The translations under genes and the position numbers were made by a program. From contig MU004186.1 of the NCBI GenBank assembly GCA_010093605.1, forward strand, positions 389,765-453,764: a stretch of DNA of 64,000 bases. The letters are read 5' to 3'. The notes beneath the pieces are model-generated. The model saw only the letters and a list, made by a program, of their open reading frames with translations. It made no database searches and was not told the origin of the DNA. This DNA is from Lophium mytilinum (lineage: Eukaryota). Shown one piece after another: positions 1-12,643 of the stretch (position 1 is its first letter; every line of letters starts with the position of its first letter).

Positions 1-2830
1 CTAAAGTAGTAGGCTAATTAGCCCCCCTAAAATAATACTTTTCTAGATAATAACTTCCGGCTAATAGCTAAGATAAATAGGCTAGAAGTATAGATTAAAA
101 GCTATATCTTCTATAACTTTAAGACTTTAATTTAAATTTAAGAAGAAAGTAAGGTAGTAGTAAGAGTAGTATATTTAAGACTATATAAGTAGTTTACTAT
201 ATCTTAAGAATATACTCTACTACCTATATAGAAACCTTCTTTATCTATAATAAACCTGCTAGTATATTTATCTATAATAAACCCCCTACTACTAGTACCT
301 AGCTACGCCCTTTCTATTTCTTTTACCGGGCAGCCTCTACTAATATAATTATCTACAACGCATCTATAGTAGCCTTAGTTATTACTAATAAATCTATAGT
401 AGAAACTAATACTCTAAGAAAGTAATTAATTCTAGGTACCGCAGGCTATATTTAGGTAGTAAGGCTAGTTATATATAATGCAGGTACTCTTACGCCTAGA
501 GGATTCTTTTAGCCCTTATTCTAGCCCCGGTAAGTAAAGCTAAATTATATTAACGCTAGAGAACTATCCTCTAGCTAGTAGTAGAATTACTACCTTATTT
601 ATATACTATTATATCTATAACCTCCCTAAGTAGTACCGGCTATAACCTTCTTTTATATCTCTAACTTATTAATAATAAGTTAAAAGCCCCCCCTCTTCTA
701 CTAACTACTAGTACTAGAACTAGCCGTCTCTAATAAAGCGTCCTAAGATAAAAGAAAAGAAGAAGGCTACGCCGGAGGAGGAGGAGAAAAAGATAACTAT
801 TACTATACCGCACGGAATAGTAACCTTTATTAGTAGTAATATCTCTATACTACCTATTATCTTAATTAATAGTACTTTAGGTATTATAAAGATTAAAGGC
901 GGATAGAAAGTACCTTAAGAAGTAGAAGTGTTTCTAATAATTAAGGAAGTTTCTATTCTACTTAAGTATTAGATTAATATATAGAAGTATAAAGAAAATC
1001 TAATATAGATAAAACTTAAGTAGAAGTATAGTAATTAGAAAGTAAGTATTCTTATTCTTATTAGAAATAAATACCCCCTCTCCTTAATAAATACCCCCTC
1101 TCCTTATTAGAGATAAAGGCTTATTTTTTATAGGTTTTTATAGATAAAAGAAGAGAGTTTAATAATAACCTTCTATTCTAGAAGTAGTATTCTACTATAC
1201 TAAAGAAGAAGAAGAAGCCTAAACTATTAAAATAGTCCCCTCTTTTTAACGCTATTAAGCTCTAGTAAAAGAAGGTTAATAAAAAAAATATAGAGAGAGT
1301 AAGAGCCTATTAGAGTAATAGTTTTAATAAGAAGTATCTCTATAGGTATAGCTTAAACTAGAGAATTAAATAAACCCCTTAAGTAATTATAGCTAAATTT
1401 AGGCGTAATATAGGTAGAGCCTTACCTTAAGATATTAAGAAGAAGAGGCAGAACGTTATTAAGAATAATAATAAGAATAATAATACTTAGATATTATTAT
1501 AAATAAATATAACTCTATTTAAATCTATATATATCTATATAGCTATAATATCTACTAAGTAACTTATTATAGATAAACTATATAGCCGTGCAGTATAATT
1601 ATATAGTATACTTATATAGTATACTTATATAGTATTACTATATAGTGTAGTATTTAGCTATAAGGTCTACTAAGCTACTTATTACTAATAAAGACTACTA
1701 GGCTCTTTATAGAATACTAATAAGGGCTAAGAAGTACTAAGGTATATTCTAGAAATATTTTAAATATTTAATCTTATATAGTAGAATATTAAGATCTCCT
1801 TTAATAGCGCGTTTAAGACGCACTAGATAAGATTTTAGTAGACTTTTTATATAAATAGAATTTTCTATTCTAATATAGATCTTAATATTCTAATACCTAG
1901 TTTAAGTATATACTAGATACCTAGCGTTTAGAATAAGTTAATATAGCGTTATAAAGCGGTAGAAAAGGGGGTAGATAGGCTATAGAAGGGAGAGAGTATA
2001 ATTTAGAGTAATTTTTATTTAAAATAAGGCTAAAAATACCTATTTTTTATAATTTTTACGCCTAATAAGCGGGTATATTAAATTAGGCACGTTTAAATTA
2101 TATATCTAGCTACTATCTACATTAGAAATAAGTTATATTAAACGCGTATACCCGTAGAGAGGGGGCTAATAAGGGGCTTAGCTGGATTTAATATAGTGGC
2201 CAGTGCGGGTATTAGTGCGTGCGCGGAAATATATTACCTTACCGCGCTAAGCCCGCACGCGAATATAATGCTAATACCTTACTGCTATAAAAATAATGCT
2301 AGTATAATGCTAGTATAATATTAACAGGTATATTCTTTTAAGTATTCTAGTAGTAGCCTATTATATAGACATTCTATTAGAAGTTAATAGGATTTTAGGG
2401 AGTATATAGTATTAGGGTAGCAGGGTTTTAGTAGTATATTACTAAAAATATATATTTTATTAAAAAATTATATTTAGGCTAAAACTGTATTTAGCTGCAA
2501 TACTGTATTTTAAGCCGGGTATTTTTAGCTACCCCTCTTTTACTCCCTCGGTAATGCTATATCTTTTGCCACACCAACGCTAAAAAGCTAGATCCTACTT
2601 AATAATTCCTCTTGTAGAAAGTTTACTCTAGACCGGTCTAATAGCTACGGTGCAACGGGCGGTTTGGTGGTGGGCACGGCTAGGGGGGTACCGCGGTGGG
2701 GTGCTAAAGTTAAAGCTTAGGTAATAGAAAAAAATACAAGCTTACGTAAGCTAGGGGAAAATTATGTTTATAAGAAAATTATGTTCTAAAGAACACGTGT
2801 TAGGGGCTAAATACCATGTTAATATAACAC
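1..2830. mobile_element. RIP-degraded AT-rich repeat/transposon relic (family not identifiable)
   Basis: Very AT-rich, TpA-saturated, and CpA/TpG almost absent, which is the classic RIP signature. No ORF >=60 aa in the track. Internal short tandem repeats at 1066-1105 (20 bp x2) and ~1600-1645 (13 bp x3). Composition returns to normal near 2830-2900. Confidence 0.85.
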
Positions 2831-3083
2831 TAATAATCTAAAACATTATTGTCCCATCTTATTACACTTGAAATCATATTGTATTCCAATAGGCAATGCA
2901 CATGATCTTCACACCCTGTTCGCGTAGCTGCTTGGCGCGGTAAGGTAGGAACGTCAAGATTACGGCTATCAACTTTACTTCAACCTCCACAGCATGCTGC
3001 CTAGAGTGCGGCAGGACCGCAATTTTGTGGTCGCATAACCTTGACCAATCTCTACCGCAGCCGTAAACGTGCCAGATCCCATC

Positions 3084-6000
3084 ATGCTCTCAGCATTCAC
3101 GGCCCGGCCGATTGTGGAGCTTAAGCAGCGGGACAAGTCGAAGATCGAATCGATCCTGGCCTACGGTAATCTCAACCTATGGCATTCCTAGGAGCAGCAC
3201 TAACTGATTAACACAGGTGACCGCGTGCTCGTCGGCCTCAACACCGGCTCCCTGCGAATCTACCGCGTTAACGAGGTCAACGAAGACGCCGACAAGCCAG
3301 AGCAGCAGAATGGCGACAACGAATCCAACCAACCCAAAGCGAAGCCTGCAGACCTACTCCGGGAAGAAGAGAAGTTCTCGCGCCGCCCGGTGCAGCAGCT
3401 TGCCATCATCAAAGAAGCCAACATCCTCGTCTCCCTCTCCGACAACTATGTTTCGATACACGACCTCCAGACCTACGCGCTGCAAGAGCGGTTGGAGAGA
3501 ACGCGGGGCGCGGCGACTTTCGCCGTTACTTCGAATATCGTGAAGGATCCTAGCACGGGCATACCTTCGATAGTGTCGAGGCTAGCGGTGGCGGTCAAGA
3601 GGAAGATTATACTGTGGACGTGGCAAGATATGGAGTTGTCAGATGAAGCGTCTGAGCTGACGCTGATTGCTTCGGTGAAGTCGTTGACGTGGGCGACGGG
3701 GACAAAGATTGTTGCCGGGATGGATCCGGGGTTCGTGATGGTGGATATTGAGAGCCAGGAGATTTCGGATATAAATAGACCAGGCGCTCCGGGGGAAGCT
3801 GGAGGTCAAGGTGGAACAAGATTTGGAGCGGTCACGTCTTCTGGGATGGGATATATGGGAATGGGAAGCTGGGTTCCGAAACCTATGGCTACTAGGCTTG
3901 GGGAGGGCCAAATGTTGCTTGGAAAGGACGTCAATACACTATTCATTGATACGGATGGGAATGCCCTGGACAAACGACAGTTTCCATGGGCGTCTGCCCC
4001 AGAGGCGATCGGATATTCGTATCCTTACATGCTGGCATTACAAGCTCCTGCAAAAGGTGGACTGGAAGTTCGCAATCCGGATACTCTCTCGCTCCTCCAG
4101 ACGATATCTCTACCGAACGCAAATTTCCTACACGTACCGCAGCCGAATATTAGTCTTGCTCATGCGGGTAAAGGCTTCTTGGTAGCAAGCGATCGATGCA
4201 TTTGGAGGATGGGTGCCCTAGACTACGATTCACAGATCGATGAGCTTGTTCTAAATGGCAGATATGACGAGTCGGTTAGCCTGTTAGGTATGCTCGAAGA
4301 TACTCTTCTGAAGGACAAGGTCGGTAGGATACGAGAGATCAAGATGCTTAAGGCGCAAGGCTTGTTCGATTTGAGAAAGTACCGGGAGTCCCTCGAACTG
4401 TTCTCGAATGCGGAAGCGCCACCTGAGCGAGTCATCGCGCTCTACCCAAAAGTTATTGCGGGTAGTCTTGCAGCTACGGAACATGTTGAAGAAGCCGGGG
4501 AGGAAGCAGATGACGAAAACACTAATGGTGAACCCAGTGTTGAGAGTAGTAAAACTATTCCTACGCCTGCGTCTTCCCTTGGTCGGTCCATGATAAGCAA
4601 GTTCATAGCTGAGCAGAAGAAGGCAGACTCGGACTCTTCTTCCTCAAAATCGGTGAAGGTAGTCACTGATGGCAGTGATACGGCAAGCATTAAAGCGAAA
4701 GTGACAGAGACCTTGACGAGCGAAAAGCCCTTGGGTAAGTAATGTCTCTAGAACGATGATGCATCTACTGACAGCATTACAGAAGGTAAAGACTTGACCA
4801 AGGCTGTTAACGAGCTTCGTGCGTTCCTAGCACAGACTCGAGTCAAACTAAAACGATTTATTAATACCGATGGAACGCTCAAACAACCGCTTCAGGAGCC
4901 CAGCGAGAGCCAGTTGGAAGACTTCAAGCCTGGATTCTGGAAATACATCATGGAGCCACCTTCGCCTGGACAGGGTGACTGGACGGTCAAACTCCGCGAA
5001 GTTGCGGAGTTGGTGGACACAACGCTATTCCGAGCCTACATGCTTGTGAGCCCAAGTTTAGCTGGCCCGTTGTTTCGCCTGGACAACTTCTGTGATCCCG
5101 AAGTTGTCAACGAGAAGCTCTACGAGAGCGGCCGATACAGCGATCTCATCGACTTTCTACATGGGAAGAAGCTACATCGAGAAGCTCTTGAGCTCCTTGC
5201 CAAATTCGGACGGAATGACGCCGACGGTGAAGTAGCACCAGCACTGAGAGGTCCGCATAGGACTGTGGGCTATTTGCAGCAGCTGCCGCCCGAGATGATT
5301 GATCTCATCCTCGAGTTCGCGGAATGGCCCCTCCAGGTTGATCCTGACCACGGCATGGAGGTGTTCCTTGCCGATACCGAGAACGCTGAAACATTGCCGC
5401 GAGGGAAGGTTTTAGATTTTCTGCACCAAATCGACCTCAAATTGGCTGTGAGATATCTTGAGCACATTATCGAAGAGCTGAACGATCCCGAGCCCGACTT
5501 CCACCAACGACTCATTGATCTATATCTGCAGCGACTGAAAGCCGGGCAGGATGCGTTTGATGACGATGAAGAACGGCAAGAATGGCTAAGGAAATTACAA
5601 TCATTCCTGAAGAGCAGCTCCCAATATACAAAAATTCGTGCATTTAGAGAATTGCCTACAGATGGTAAGCAGCTACTCCCATGAAGAAGCAACATGTCCC
5701 AGCTAACCCTTCCCTTCCAGACCCCGATTTCTACGAATCCCGCGCCATCGTCCTAAGCAAAATGGACCAACACAAACAAGCTCTCCAAATCTACGTGTTC
5801 CAAATGAAAGACTACCAAAAGGCCGAAGAGTACGTGTCCTCCCCTTGAACCCTCACCCGCCCCTTTTCCCCAATCCAAGTACTGATTCTCACACAGATAC
5901 TGCAACCAAACCTACCTCACAGCCCTCCAACCCTCCGCCCCTACCTCTACTACCGCCCACGCCACCGCCCGCGGTATTGCACCCACCATGGACCCCGAAG

Positions 6001-6506
6001 ACGCCGAACCTACAATCTACCACACCCTCCTCTCCCTCTACCTCTCCCCGCCGCCCCCGCACACCCCCAACTGGGCCCCTGCCCTCTCCCTCCTCTCCCG
6101 CCACGGCGCCCGCCTCCCCGCGTCCACGACGCTAGACCTAGTCCCCCAGTCCCTCCCCGTAAAAGAACTAGAGAGCTACTTCCGCGGCCGCATCCGCAAC
6201 GCGAACAGCGTGATGAACGAAGAACGTATCGTCGCGAGGCTACGAGGCGTGGAGAAGGTAGAGGTCGAAGCCGCGCTGTTGCTTGGCGAGGAAGGGAAGA
6301 TAGGCGGACGGAATCGTAGGGTGTTGGTGGGTGAGGAGCGGCATTGTGCGGTGTGCCATAAGCGGTTTGGGGGTGCGGCGATCAGAGTGTATCCGGATGG
6401 GAGTGTGGTGCATAGCGGGTGTTTGAAGGGGAGTGTGGGGCGGAAAGGTGCTGGAGGAGGGGTTGGGGGGATGGTGGAGGGGGGGAGGCGGGGAGGGTGG
6501 GGATAA
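3084..6506 (+). CDS. VPS39: HOPS complex subunit Vps39/Vam6 (CNH domain, Vps39 domains, C-terminal Cys/His RING-like motif)
   Basis: ATG 3084 MLSAFTARPIVELK. Introns ~3166-3216, 4735-4782, 5665-5720 and 5830-5896 join track ORFs 3225, 4794 and 5988. Motifs include VDTTLFRAY, LDNFCDP, LIDFLHGKKLHREALELL and CAVCHKRFG..VVHSGC. Confidence 0.93.
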
Positions 6507-7132
6507 GAGGGGTGTAAGTAGAGTATGACATGGGTCAATTCAATTTCTATGATCTGATTTAGGGTGTCTGGCAATACGGAAGCCGAATCGCGTGTAGGTC
6601 TCATGATAACCCCTCGGACATGTCAAACTGAGAACCCTTCTTAGAGTCTGATACAGAGTGTGGGACAAAGACATGCCAAAAACGAGTCCAGATTGCACGG
6701 ACTAGCTCCTATTATATCTCAGCCATCTCAACCTACTCGAATCCTATGTTCTGATTTCCAACACTCGTCGCGCAGCAACTGAGATCCCGTCTCATGCAGA
6801 ACGTACCGCAAGAACGAAACAAATCCCGCTTGTGAATCGCACGGTCTGCCTCACGCCCATTCCATCACACAACGTCGAAACTCATTCTCCTCACTAGATA
6901 GAACCTTCAAGCCGCGCCACAATCGACATCGACGAGTGATTCTGTTTCCGCATGCGCAGACACTTGCTAGCCCGGAATCCAGCAAGAAAGCGCGTAGGGG
7001 TTGGGACCCTGACTTCAACCGCAAAACATCTCTCCGCCTACTCTCCTCAGAGGGACAAAACCACATCCCCTGCCCCTCGCAAACTTACCTCTAGCATCCC
7101 GTCCCCATAAGCAGCGTGTCAACTCTACCTCT

Positions 7133-7600
7133 CTAAGCCCGGCAAACCCCCGCTAGCCGCGCAGCCGCCAGCGCCCGTCCGTGGAGCACGCGATACCTCC
7201 GCCTCACGCTCCCGCCATCCCCTCTTTTAGCTCCGCAGGTCCAGGACGCCAGGGCCTCATCGAGCAGAGCCAGCAGCGCGGTGAGGGTGGCGCAGGGAGG
7301 AAGAGTTGCTGTAGCGGAGAGGGGGTAGTGGCGCGCCCATGTGGATGTTTCTATAGGAGGGGTAAGGGATAGAGGGGATGTTCTGCCAATTGGGGCCGAC
7401 AGGGCGCTGCTCGGGGCGCGGTGGGTTGGGTGTCGGTTTGCGTAGGGGTCGGGTTTGAGATGGCCGGAGGACGTGCGGATCAGAGGGTGGGGAGGGGCTG
7501 TGGGGGTGAGTGCTGAGCCGTCGAGGTTGCGGAGGTGGGCGAGGATTATGGGAGGGGTTGGGGGTGGGTTGGGTGCTGGTTGGGGAGGTGAGTGGTGCAT
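7133..7600 (-). CDS. Hypothetical Pro-rich protein (~155 aa)
   Basis: Single open frame. ATG 7600 sits in an ACC-ATG context, and the frame shows the same C-rich to G-rich shift as real genes here. No recognisable domain. Confidence 0.45.
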   Translation of the reverse strand: MHHSPPQPAPNPPPTPPIILAHLRNLDGSALTPTAPPHPLIRTSSGHLKPDPYANRHPTHRAPSSALSAPIGRTSPLSLTPPIETSTWARHYPLSATATLPPCATLTALLALLDEALASWTCGAKRGDGGSVRRRYRVLHGRALAAARLAGVCRA

Positions 7601-7974
7601 GGTAGTGTTTGAGGGGGTGAAGGTGTGGGAGCGCGAGTTGGAGGGTTTGGTGAGCGGCATAAGAATGTATAAGTGATGGGATCAAATAGCTCTATTTCTT
7701 TGACTGTGTTGGTGATAAAGAAATGGGGTAAGTGAGACTGGTTTGAGGTATTTGGTGTTTGCCCGAATTTGGTAGACTATCGGGTTTGAAGGTACTTCCT
7801 TCTGCATTGCCTTTGTGTAGGGGCATGCTGGGCAGACTTATAGAGGTGTAACCGCACACTTTTCTTTCATCTCTTGATCCTAGCTCCAGCTTTTATGCCA
7901 AAGCCTCTTAGGCCTTGCGTATGTAAACCTTTTAATCTCAGCGTGAAGAAGCTAGGACATCTTCAACTAACCTT

Positions 7975-9856
7975 TCACTCCTGCTTATGCCTCTGCATAT
8001 TCTTCCGCGACAAAATCGTGAGCACAACACCCAGGCCCGCAAACCCAGCGCCCAGCCACCACGCAGAGCGATACCCTTTCAACGTATCTCTCCCATGATC
8101 ATTAGTAGAAACCTCGATATTACCACCAAAAGCCAGCCCCAAGCCAATCGAGTAGTTCACGACCGTATTGATGAAACTCCCCGCTGCTCCCTGCTGCTTT
8201 TTCGGAACCTGATCACTCACGATCAAGCTTGCGCTCGCGAAGCTGAGGTCGGGGCCAATAGAGACGAGGATAGTGAGCGGGAACGTCATTGGCCAGTAGG
8301 ATTGGTTGACGGGCGTTAATGCAAGTAGAACCTGTGAAACGCAGAAGAAGCACATGGATGCAAGGAAGACGGTCCATGCCGGGACTCGTGGTAGGAGGTA
8401 CACGGCGGTTGCTGCCGCAAAGGCACCGCATGCCGCGCAAGGGATCAGCTAAGGGCTTTAAGCTACGTGAAAATAGTGGTGGGTAGACTAGAAGTTGTAC
8501 CTGAAGACACAGCTCCATCATGGAGACGCCACGCAGGCGCATTAGACTTCATGTTCGTCAGCTTGAGGCACTTTTGGGAATAATATTGCCCTTACAATTG
8601 GGGTTCGTAATATTGAAACATTCCGAAGCTCATCCATCCACATGCCAGGCTGACAATGACAGCAGCGAAGGCCGGTTCTGTGAACATCGACATGGGCATG
8701 ACGGGCTCTTCGATGCGATTTTCAATCAAGACAAACAGGATTATGAGCAACAAGCCTACTACAAGTAGGGTAGGTATGTATGCAGCTGCCCAGCCAAAGA
8801 GTGGAGCCCCGCTGTTGGGCTGTTGTTAGCAGGTTTGACGAAAGCACCTTTTCAGATACATACTTAAAAGCGAAGAAAATGAGAACGAGCCCGGATATTC
8901 CGACCAAGCTACCCAACCAATCGAACGATCCTCCATGGCTAACATTCAGCTCGGAGGGGATAACGAACCAGGCTGCAGCGGTCATGAATAGGCAGAGGAA
9001 GGTCATGCTCCAGTACGTCCATCTCCAATCGTCGGCGAACTGGGTAAAGATGCCACCCCATGTCAGACCTAAGACGTAGCCTCCAGGGGCGACAGCGCCA
9101 AAGAGGGCGAACGAGAGGTTCTTCTTGAAGCCAGGCGGGAAGGCGGTGCCTAGCAGCGCGGATGCATTCGGCATCAGCGTTGCAGGGCCAATACCCATCA
9201 GAGCACGGAAGACATCGAAAAGGACCGCAGATTGAACATAGCCACAGAAGCCACAGAGGACGGAGAAAACAGCAAGCCAAATCCACCCAATCATCCAAAG
9301 AGTCTTGATCCCGTAGATATCACCCAGTCTTCCAGTGACAAGCACAAAAGCTCCCACGGTAGTACTGTGCCACTGTCAGCCTAGCACAGTTGTAGCGGTA
9401 AACAACTAACCTATAGCTCGCGACAAACCAGCTTTCCTGCACTTCACCGACTCGAAAGGTGTCAGCAATGCTGGCGGCTTGAATGATGGTGTTGCCTAGA
9501 TTCATTTGCTTGCCAATGTCAGCCGCATGAGCGATGCCTGGTTGCAAGGCATGGGGAGGATCAGAAACTTGCTAGGTCAAAGAGCTTACAGTAAACAGTT
9601 GAGCCATGATTACGACTAATATGAAGGTCATTTCATGCCAGGTACCCTTGAAATGCGACTCTGTGCTGCCTTCCCGAGACACAGTCTCTGGCGACGTATC
9701 GGAGGCAAACGGGTAGGCCTCGTCAAGTGGCGGTGTATCCAGAGAGCTGTCATTTTGCTTGCGCTCGTCTCGAAGAGGTTCTAGCTGAACCGGTGAAGGT
9801 GGTGTCGGTTGGGAGATGCCTTGACTAGCATGGGTCAATGTGGATGTACGCGACAT
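7975..9856 (-). CDS. MFS drug:H+ antiporter, DHA2/ATR1-like (14-TM type)
   Basis: Multi-exon hydrophobic ORFs at 9572-9856, 8722-9357 and 7975-8403. MFS motif A GRLGDIYG, RALMGIGPATLMPNA, WRWTYW, and QQGAAGSFINTVVNYSIGLG. Splicing of GT-AG introns restores the frame through 8403-8810. Confidence 0.88.
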
Positions 9857-10558
9857 GGTATGCCTTGGTGTGCAAGGCGGATGTTTGTCTTGAGGCAGAA
9901 TTGATGTTGGGATATCGTTTCATTGATAAAAGTACAGCGGTGGGGGCTGGCCATGCTGTCTCAGCCATCAATAATATTTCAAGTCGGTCCTTTTGAGGAG
10001 ATGCCCAAGCATGTATAAGAAATAAAAGCGCGGGAAGCCTCCGCTGCTCCACTAGTGGATTTACAGCTCGCTAATCGCACGTCATGGTGGCAGGGATCTG
10101 TATATAATTTTTTTTGTGGTATTCGGCACTTGATAGAAAATATATAACGTGGTAGAACAAATCTATTGGATTAATTCCAGTATGCTGAGATTTTCTCAAC
10201 GAAAGCCGAGACTCGAGTAGATACAGAGGCTGCTAGAACTCTTTGGACAACAACGAACATAGCAGCTCAGCGAAGTCGAGACAAACGCGCTCGTTCGCAT
10301 CAGCAGCTCGACCACCTAATCCAACGCTATGCAACTGGCTCCCAAGACGTCGCTGACATTGTGTATCCCGGAAATCGACACGCCAACGCCTGGATATCAT
10401 GCCCACTCATATCCTCATGCGGCAGATATAGACCAAAACAAAGACCTCCTTTTACGTAACGTGATCTGCCAAACATGCGAGACAGAAATAGTCATCCCAC
10501 TCCACGGTGGGGGGCAAGTGAACGCCAAAGAGTGATGGAGATAAAAACGAGCTTTTGT

Positions 10559-11857
10559 TTAATTTCGGCGCAAGGCTTTCGGGCGTGCGGTTCGCATCGA
10601 CTCTTCTTCACTCCCTGAGATGTCCTCTGAGTCGCCCAGCTCCACGTCGCTTTCGATCTCTGATTCTGACCCTGACACGTCGTCGCCCGAGTCGTCATCC
10701 GTCTCCTCTGCCTCGTCGTCAATCAGGTCCTCAGAGTCTTGGCTGTCGGCTTCCGAATCGCTGACGTCGTTCATCGTTGTAGGCATTTCATCCCCTGAGC
10801 TGTTGATGTTGTCGAGTTGCTCAAGTATCAAGTCTTTCCTCGTCACAGGCTGCTTTTGAGCTTCCTCCTCTCTCGATTCGACGTAGATCACAGGCTCGTC
10901 GTCTTCGTCCACCATGGCCGCGCGGCTTTGGATGTCTTCCCTAAGAGAAACCTGAGCTTTCAGCATGTCGAGCCTGCCCTTGAGGGACAGGAGTGGCTGC
11001 AAGCCGCTCGCACGCTGTTTGAGCACGCGGTTGAGGTCTGTGAGCTGCTTGACCACTTTGGGCTGGCCAGCAAGGTATGCGCCGTGTGCAATGATTACCC
11101 ATTGCACCCACACCATGAGATGCCCGGCCCGCCCAGGTCGTTTGTGTAACCGCTCGGCGAGTTTCTGCAGCAGATTTGCGACTAGATTCGACGGGAGCCT
11201 CTCCACAGTGTTCCGCACGCTGTCGAGTTCGTTGAAGCGGAAGCATGATTCGAGTAAGTATCGGTCGTTGGTTTTTAAAGCTTGGGTGAGGACGGTGCCG
11301 AGAGAGGCCCCAGAGGGAGCAGAGAGGTGTCGTTCAGCGGGCAAAGTGGCGACGGCGTTGAAGTCGGCGTGGGGATCGATGTAAGAGGCCTGGACGTCAA
11401 TCACGTCTGGCGCGTGTGCTCGGAGGAGCTCTCCGAAGGTGGGCTCGGTGGCAGCGTCGACGTCGTCATTCTCAAGATTCTTGGTCGTAGGTGCATCCTC
11501 CTCAGCTCCCACTTGTGCTCCAGCCCCAGTGTCGTCCTGTTCCTCCTCCTCGTCGCCGTCAGAGCTGTCGTCGTCGCTGTTCTCCTCGCCGCTACTTATT
11601 ACAATCTCTTCTCTGACCACGTCCTCCATGGCATCGTCTCCGTGGCGGCCACCGTCGCCCACTGCCATGACTGTCCTCGACTCATCTGCCCGGTCCTGCC
11701 GTACACTGTGCACACCGTTCGTCTTCGCGGAAAATTGGGGCTTTTTGCCGTGCGTGCCGTTGACGAGGCCTTCGAGGCCGGACGAAGGAGGTTCTTGGGA
11801 CAGCTTGGCCCGTTTCGAGGGCGGCTGCGAGGTGCCCTGGGGGCGTGGGCGCGACAT
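10559..11857 (-). CDS. UTP5: SSU processome t-UTP subunit Utp5 (Dip2/Utp12-type domain plus acidic tail)
   Basis: SLGTVLTQALKTND..LLESC, RLHKRPGRAGHLMVWVQW, LQPLLSLKGRLDML, and a D/E-rich C-terminus. Likely start is ATG 11857 (MSRPRPQ). Confidence 0.82.
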   Translation of the reverse strand: MSRPRPQGTSQPPSKRAKLSQEPPSSGLEGLVNGTHGKKPQFSAKTNGVHSVRQDRADESRTVMAVGDGGRHGDDAMEDVVREEIVISSGEENSDDDSSDGDEEEEQDDTGAGAQVGAEEDAPTTKNLENDDVDAATEPTFGELLRAHAPDVIDVQASYIDPHADFNAVATLPAERHLSAPSGASLGTVLTQALKTNDRYLLESCFRFNELDSVRNTVERLPSNLVANLLQKLAERLHKRPGRAGHLMVWVQWVIIAHGAYLAGQPKVVKQLTDLNRVLKQRASGLQPLLSLKGRLDMLKAQVSLREDIQSRAAMVDEDDEPVIYVESREEEAQKQPVTRKDLILEQLDNINSSGDEMPTTMNDVSDSEADSQDSEDLIDDEAEETDDDSGDDVSGSESEIESDVELGDSEDISGSEEESMRTARPKALRRN

Positions 11858-11929
11858 GGTGAACTGAGAGTAGGTGGTGGTGCGAAAAGGGCGATACTGG
11901 CAATGCTCGCAGTGCTCTGCCTGACGTTG

Positions 11930-11990
11930 GCGGGCGCGAAATTTTTCTGAGCGAGCAGAGGTCGGGTCCGTGCGCGCCACGTGACCCCTC
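11930..11990 (-). promoter_or_regulatory. RRPE-like element (GAAAAATTTC) and CACGTG E-box upstream of UTP5
   Basis: The minus strand reads TCAGAAAAATTTCGC at ~11936-11950, resembling the yeast ribosome-biogenesis RRPE. CACGTG lies at 11978-11983. Both are ~80-130 bp upstream of a ribosome-biogenesis gene. Confidence 0.35.
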
Positions 11991-12643
11991 CTTTTCCTGG
12001 GCCGGATTTTCTTTAAAGAGCTGGTCCGCCGTCTCGTCCTTCGTTGACGCTCTCCGCCCCCGTGCTTCAATCCAATAACATCGCGCGACCAACCCCCACC
12101 GCCAAACCCAGCTGCCATCGCTGCCCATCCATCACCTCACCGCGCCGGCCGGCTGCTTTCACTAGCATTCCATCGTGTCGTCAGTATTCCGCGTCTTTTT
12201 TCTCCCTCTTTGTTATTTATTTCCCCATCCCTGCGCCCACGCCCCTCACTCCCCTCGCCGTCGCGCTCTGCGCCGCATCAACACGCGTCCTCACACCCGT
12301 TTCATAACCGTGACTCATCTAACCGAACTTGCCCACAGGCTGTCACGTGCACCACCTTCGCATCAGACTTAAGTCTCAGCCGGGCCACCTTTGTTTTCGC
12401 AATCTCCAAACACCGCCACACCCACCGTCGACCCCCCCGCCGCGACCTCAACCACCTCACCTCACTACGCGCATCTCGTGGCCTGGCCTGCGCATTCACT
12501 CTCGAGGCCTGTGTTGCCGCTTCCAGTACCTCCTGGTCCGCCCGTCGCGTGTCGCGCCACGCCCATCACCACCCGACTGTCGCGCGCGACATACAACCCA
12601 CCCATAGAGATCGCATCAGGACCGCGCCGTGGATGGACTACTG

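Noticed and set aside
8403..8722. Apparent gap or frameshift in the MFS gene
   Set aside because: Explained by short GT-AG introns and a small exon. The spliced frame is continuous.
10559..11857. Utp5 lacking a WD40 region as a truncation or pseudogene
   Set aside because: The frame is intact, and as I recall the short form is usual in filamentous ascomycetes.
11858..12118. 87-aa N-terminal extension of UTP5 in the ORF track
   Set aside because: It overlaps promoter-like motifs of the UTP5/BDF1 spacer and is not protein-like. ATG 11857 has a good context.
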